The notes under the pieces: generated by a model
Seen by the model: only the letters and a program-made list of their open reading frames with translations
What the model was told of the DNA's origin: nothing
Database searches by the model: none
Shown here: positions 60,107 to 64,000 of the stretch, piece by piece
Layout of the letters: the number at the start of each line of letters is the position of its first letter
Position numbering within the stretch: position 1 is the stretch's first letter
Translations under genes and position numbers: made by a program
NCBI GenBank assembly: GCA_965249485.1
Contig: OZ252239.1
Location: forward strand, 352,001-416,000
DNA: 64,000 nt
Source of the DNA: a bacterium
Lineage (GTDB): Bacteria; SM23-31
Direction of reading: 5' to 3'

Positions 60107-61483
60107 ATGAGCGACTATAAAATGACAGTTACATTTAGTGGAGCAGCATTTTTTCTGGCACTTTTGGCATTTATTACCTCTCCCAGTGCTGTGACGCCAG
60201 ATGCATTTTTTGATCAGGGTGAAGAAATCTTTCCCGATTTTACCGATCCTAACGAAGCAACATCTCTCGAAGTTATTGGATACAATGAGGAAACTGGTTC
60301 CCCTATTCCTTTTAAAATAATGTTTACAAAAAACAAATGGACGATCCCTTCTCATTACGAATATCCGGCAGATGGAAAAGACAGGCTTGCAAAAACGGCA
60401 GCGGGTGTTATTGGAATTAAAAAAGATGACTTCAGAACTGATAATCCGGCTGATCATGAGGTATGTGGTGTGATTGATCCCCTTAATGAAACTGCTACAT
60501 CATTAGCTGGCCGGGGACAAAGGATCACCATAAAAAATGCTAATGACAAAATACTTGCTGACATTATTGTTGGTAATAAAGTAGAAAATCGCCCCGATTT
60601 TCGGTTTGTTCGCTTACCAGATCAAAAGCGTGTATATTCTGTCCGCATGAACATTGACCTATCGACACAATTTAAGGATTGGATAGAGTCCGATTTGATG
60701 CAGGTAGAGCAGAATAAAATCAACAATGTTATTCTACAAGACTATTCAATCAATGAACAGACACGCCAAATTGTTCAAAATGACATTGTTACTCTAACAA
60801 AAGATGGAAGTAATTGGTCTACCGGTCAACTGAGAAGTACGCAAGAAATTGACAAAACAAAAATAAATTCCTTTTTAAGTGCTCTGGATAATTTGTCAAT
60901 TGTCGGAGTACGACCAAAACCTGCAGGATTAACTGCAGCACTCTCACAATCCGCTAATGACATTAAAATTAACCAGAGTGATGCTCAATCACTTCAAAGT
61001 AAAGGGTATTTTTTTGCGAGAGATGGTAGTTTACGGTCTAATGAAGGTGAAATACGGGTATATACCGATGATGGTATAATATATACTCTTCGGTTCGGAG
61101 AAATAGTATTCGGTACCGGCCTTGCTGTTTCGGCAGGTTCCGGCGTTGAAGAAATGAAGGAAGAAACAGGAGAAAACAGATATCTTTTTATTTCTTCAAG
61201 TTTTAATGCAAACCAATTTTCCGAATCGCCCCAACCAGCAAATCTATCATTTGAATCGACTCCGGATAGCCTGTGGACCAATAACGATCGGCAGAATAAA
61301 AATCTCAAGGATGAACATGATAAATGGATTGAAAACGTTGAAAAAGGAACCACCTTATCACGGGAACTGAACCAAAGATTCGCGCAATGGTACTATGTCA
61401 TATCATCGGATATATTTGACAAACTGGATCTTTCGAGAGATGATTTTATTAAAGAAAAAGACCCGGCAAGTACTGATTCATAA
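60107..61483 (+). CDS. DUF4340 family protein
   Basis: N-terminal TM; W.I.SHY.YPAD, LADIIVG, FVRLPDQ.RVY, DW; the usual third gene of GldA/F/G-like operons. Confidence 0.8.
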   Translation: MSDYKMTVTFSGAAFFLALLAFITSPSAVTPDAFFDQGEEIFPDFTDPNEATSLEVIGYNEETGSPIPFKIMFTKNKWTIPSHYEYPADGKDRLAKTAAGVIGIKKDDFRTDNPADHEVCGVIDPLNETATSLAGRGQRITIKNANDKILADIIVGNKVENRPDFRFVRLPDQKRVYSVRMNIDLSTQFKDWIESDLMQVEQNKINNVILQDYSINEQTRQIVQNDIVTLTKDGSNWSTGQLRSTQEIDKTKINSFLSALDNLSIVGVRPKPAGLTAALSQSANDIKINQSDAQSLQSKGYFFARDGSLRSNEGEIRVYTDDGIIYTLRFGEIVFGTGLAVSAGSGVEEMKEETGENRYLFISSSFNANQFSESPQPANLSFESTPDSLWTNNDRQNKNLKDEHDKWIENVEKGTTLSRELNQRFAQWYYVISSDIFDKLDLSRDDFIKEKDPASTDS

Positions 61484-62071
61484 ATGCTTATATAATTTTA
61501 GCAATTCCCAATAGTCTGATTGATTTATCTAAAATATTGAACAAAACTGCATTGAAAGCATAAGGTTCATGTGACAAATTTGTTACATTGTGAATGATAC
61601 TTTCTATTGCTTCCTGTTGTGTTATGTCGTATCCACCACGAGCATTTATATATTGTTAAAATTCCGTATCTTCACGGCAATGTAATAAATCCTATGTGTC
61701 GTAAACGTGATATATCAACAGCTTCTTTTTTTACATTTCGACATTTTTAACTATTGTGTATCTTCCCATTTCTATTTAATTCTTTTTCATCAATATTATT
61801 CAACTCCTCAGCTTAATTCTGATAGCATTGATCGGAAAAACTGCACTGTTCCCAGAAAATATTTTAATACCGTTATAAACTGTTTTTCGATTGTAAATAG
61901 AAGGTTCATTTGTTAGATTACACCCCTTATTTTAAAAAAACCATATCAAACACTTTCAAAAAAATGATATGGAAAAATTAGAAATTACTTATTTTATATA
62001 AATGTTACTGTGTACTGTAAATATTTTTCTTCTTTGTGTTGATAGAATATCGGAAGTAATGTGAACGTTAA

Positions 62072-62908
62072 ATGGAAAAATCTTATTATAAATTTTACCG
62101 AGATTTAGGAGAACATTTTCCCGAGGAAGAAATTGTATATAAAACTCTTCGTGGAAAGATGCGAAAAAAGTTTATCCTCAATTATATTAAATGTCTTAAA
62201 GGGACGCTTCTCGATATTGGCTGTAACAAAGGACTCTATATTGCGAATTATATTGGTGGTTCGGCCGTGGGGATTGATCTTTCATCGCATGTATTGCAAT
62301 ACGTATTAAAACGTGAAAGGCAAAGTGATTTTCCTGTATTCTGCGTCGTGGGCGATGCTGAAGATGTTAATTTTTTAAAAAAAGGAACGTTCGATCATAT
62401 AATATGCTCCGAAGTTCTAGAACATGTTTATAATCCGTGGAAAGTAATTTCAGGTATCGCTTCCATTTTAAAACCGGGCGGTTCTGTGCTGATTACAACA
62501 CCCAATTATAAAAATAAAAAACCGAATTATATTAATAGTTCTTATTTAGAAAAATTCGGCATAGAAGGCATGAAAGACGGTTCCTATTATCATACCGCTT
62601 TTAAACCAGAGGAGATCGCCGTTATGTTTGCAGAATGCGGGCTGAATATCGTCGATAAAGGAACCCTGGAGCAGGAAGTGAAATGCTCTACACGGATACC
62701 CGCTCTTCTCTGTTATACCATTCATTATATGAATAAATTTAGTATTAAGAGTAGAAAGATAGACGAATGGAACGGAATTGTGTTGGATTTATTTTCGCAG
62801 GGTTTCTATTATCTGGCGCGATTTCTTCAGATAGACTCTTTGCTCAAGAGGATCTATCATGAAGGTGTAAGATCTTTTGTTATAGCGAGAAAACCTCAAC
62901 AGGTATAG
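62072..62908 (+). CDS. Class I SAM-dependent methyltransferase
   Basis: LLDIGCNKG, GIDLS, GDAE, FDHIICSEVLEHV, LKPGG..LITTPN. Confidence 0.9.
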   Translation: MEKSYYKFYRDLGEHFPEEEIVYKTLRGKMRKKFILNYIKCLKGTLLDIGCNKGLYIANYIGGSAVGIDLSSHVLQYVLKRERQSDFPVFCVVGDAEDVNFLKKGTFDHIICSEVLEHVYNPWKVISGIASILKPGGSVLITTPNYKNKKPNYINSSYLEKFGIEGMKDGSYYHTAFKPEEIAVMFAECGLNIVDKGTLEQEVKCSTRIPALLCYTIHYMNKFSIKSRKIDEWNGIVLDLFSQGFYYLARFLQIDSLLKRIYHEGVRSFVIARKPQQV

Positions 62909-63069
62909 TTGTTTACGGAATTTATTTTCTACTCAGAACCTTTGCATGGTGAATAAGCATGGTATTGAACAATAAATTCAAAAAGAAGTCACTATTAATT
63001 CATTGAGTAAGACTGGCAAGATTACCAAAAATAACGTAACAACTAAAATTGTCGATTAAACTGAAGGTT

Positions 63070-63093
63070 TGTACCGAAGGGGGGACTCGAACC
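63070..63093 (-). other. tRNA-Leu-like 3' fragment (att remnant), not a complete tRNA
   Basis: Reverse complement is GGTTCGAGTCCCCCCTTCGGTACA, a T-loop plus acceptor 3' strand; no matching 5' half next to it. Confidence 0.72.
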
Positions 63094-63350
63094 GAAATTA
63101 TTTATCAAATGAAAACATTCTATTAGAAGTTCTGTCTTTTAACCAGTTCTCTCCACCATACATCCCTTATTATACAAAGCGAAGTTACAGCAATTTGCAT
63201 CTTCGCTTCTTTTCAAGGACGACTAAATATTTCTCGTAACTTATATTATTGTCTTGACTAAAGGTTATATTATGCCTATAATATATGTCTAAAGTTTTTT
63301 AGCATACAATTTATTAGTAACATTAACAAATAGTTGTAAGGAGTTGTACA

Positions 63351-63554
63351 GTGGCAAAAGGTAAAGTAAAATGGTTTAATGACAGTAAAGGTTTTGGTTT
63401 CATCACATAAGATAACGGTGAATCAGATGTCTTTGTTCATCATACTGAAATAGCTGGCGAAGGTTTTAAAAGCCTTAGCGAAGGTGATGATGTTGAATTT
63501 GAAATTACAGATGGTCCAAAAGGAGCACAGGCAAGTAATTGTGTAAGATTGTAA
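63351..63554 (+). pseudogene. Cold-shock protein with an in-frame TAA at codon 20
   Basis: GTG start with SD [36 protein letters not shown]...GFKSL.EG..VEF...GPKGAQA.N; stop at 63408-63410. Confidence 0.92.
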
Positions 63555-63582
63555 GCTAAGCATTAAAACCATACGTAATGAG

Positions 63583-63609
63583 AGGGTAGCTATTTTAGCT
63601 ACCCTTTTT
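63583..63609 (+). terminator. Rho-independent terminator after csp
   Basis: agggtagcta-ttt-tagctaccct followed by TTTT. Confidence 0.8.
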
Positions 63610-63930
63610 CATTTAATGGGTATAGTTTCTGCCCGGAATGTAAAGAAGAATTATATGGAGACTATTTAAAAATATATAGTCTGTTTCTTTTAATCGGTTG
63701 AGCCCGTCCTACTGGATTAGTGCTCGTTAGTACGTTACTCTTATCTATCAAAAGTAAATACTCTTTTAAAAATTCTGCCTTTTAACCAGTTCTCACGGCT
63801 AAATCCATTTTTTTGTTTTCAATTGGAAGATTAATTTGTTAACTTAGCACTATAATTTAAGAAAATCTATGTCATACTTTTTCAGAAAATAAATATGGGG
63901 AATATCAGTAAAATTATCTCTGGAGGTATT

Positions 63931-64000
63931 ATGAGAAGAAATTGGATCACCTTGTGTTCCGCAATCATAAGTGGTATTATCATAGTTTCTCTCGTTAATT
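63931..64000 (+). CDS. Start of a probable secreted or membrane protein (runs off the window end)
   Basis: GGAGG SD, then ATG MRRNWITLCSAIISGIIIVSLVN. Confidence 0.55.
   Translation, partial: MRRNWITLCSAIISGIIIVSLVN

Larger units (their letters stand above)
63098..63794. repeat. Imperfect 54-bp direct repeat (63098-63151 and 63741-63794)
   Basis: Ungapped hand alignment gives 45/54 identities, including ttctgYcttttaaccagttctc. Confidence 0.8.

Noticed and set aside
441..63554. Stop-codon reassignment (for example TAA/TAG to Gln) as the explanation for in-frame stops
   Set aside because: All three stop codons end intact conserved genes at the expected positions (gyrA TAA, dnaE TAG, rex TGA), and the broken genes also carry frameshifts and deletions.
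1..64000. CRISPR array, rRNA, complete tRNA, IS transposase, integrase or prophage genes
   Set aside because: I saw no regularly spaced repeats or recognisable motifs for these; only tmRNA and a tRNA fragment.

Overview
64 kb of a diderm (lpxK-bearing) bacterial chromosome. The gene styles suggest an uncultured FCB-group lineage, but that is inference only. Bases 1-52.5 kb are mostly intact housekeeping genes (gyrA, rex, priA, dnaE, rpsT, guaB3, panB, mnmA, iscS, lpxK, namZ, peptidases). From tmRNA (52504) onward the sequence is visibly AT-richer and looks like an integration hotspot. Main observations: (1) a 3.3-kb islet with no integrase sits in ssrA, with 15-bp att repeats, paired AGTGTCCA arm-type sites, a probable displaced terminator and an ActP/DUF4212 cargo; (2) an orphan 228-aa flagellin keeps a sigma-28 promoter and CsrA-type sites but has an in-frame deletion of the ND1b region; (3) a 577-aa protein convergent with it has about 14 helical repeats, most exactly 34 aa, and an amphipathic C-terminal helix; (4) an IlvC paralog next to panB has Asn at the Mg-binding Asp190; (5) accessory stress and signalling genes (USP, Csp, HD-GYP-like, prmA, GH57 end, kinase stub) are decaying while core genes are intact; (6) a tRNA-Leu 3' remnant and a diverged 54-bp direct repeat flank a csp pseudogene. 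All calls come from reading the sequence and recognising motifs; no searches were run.
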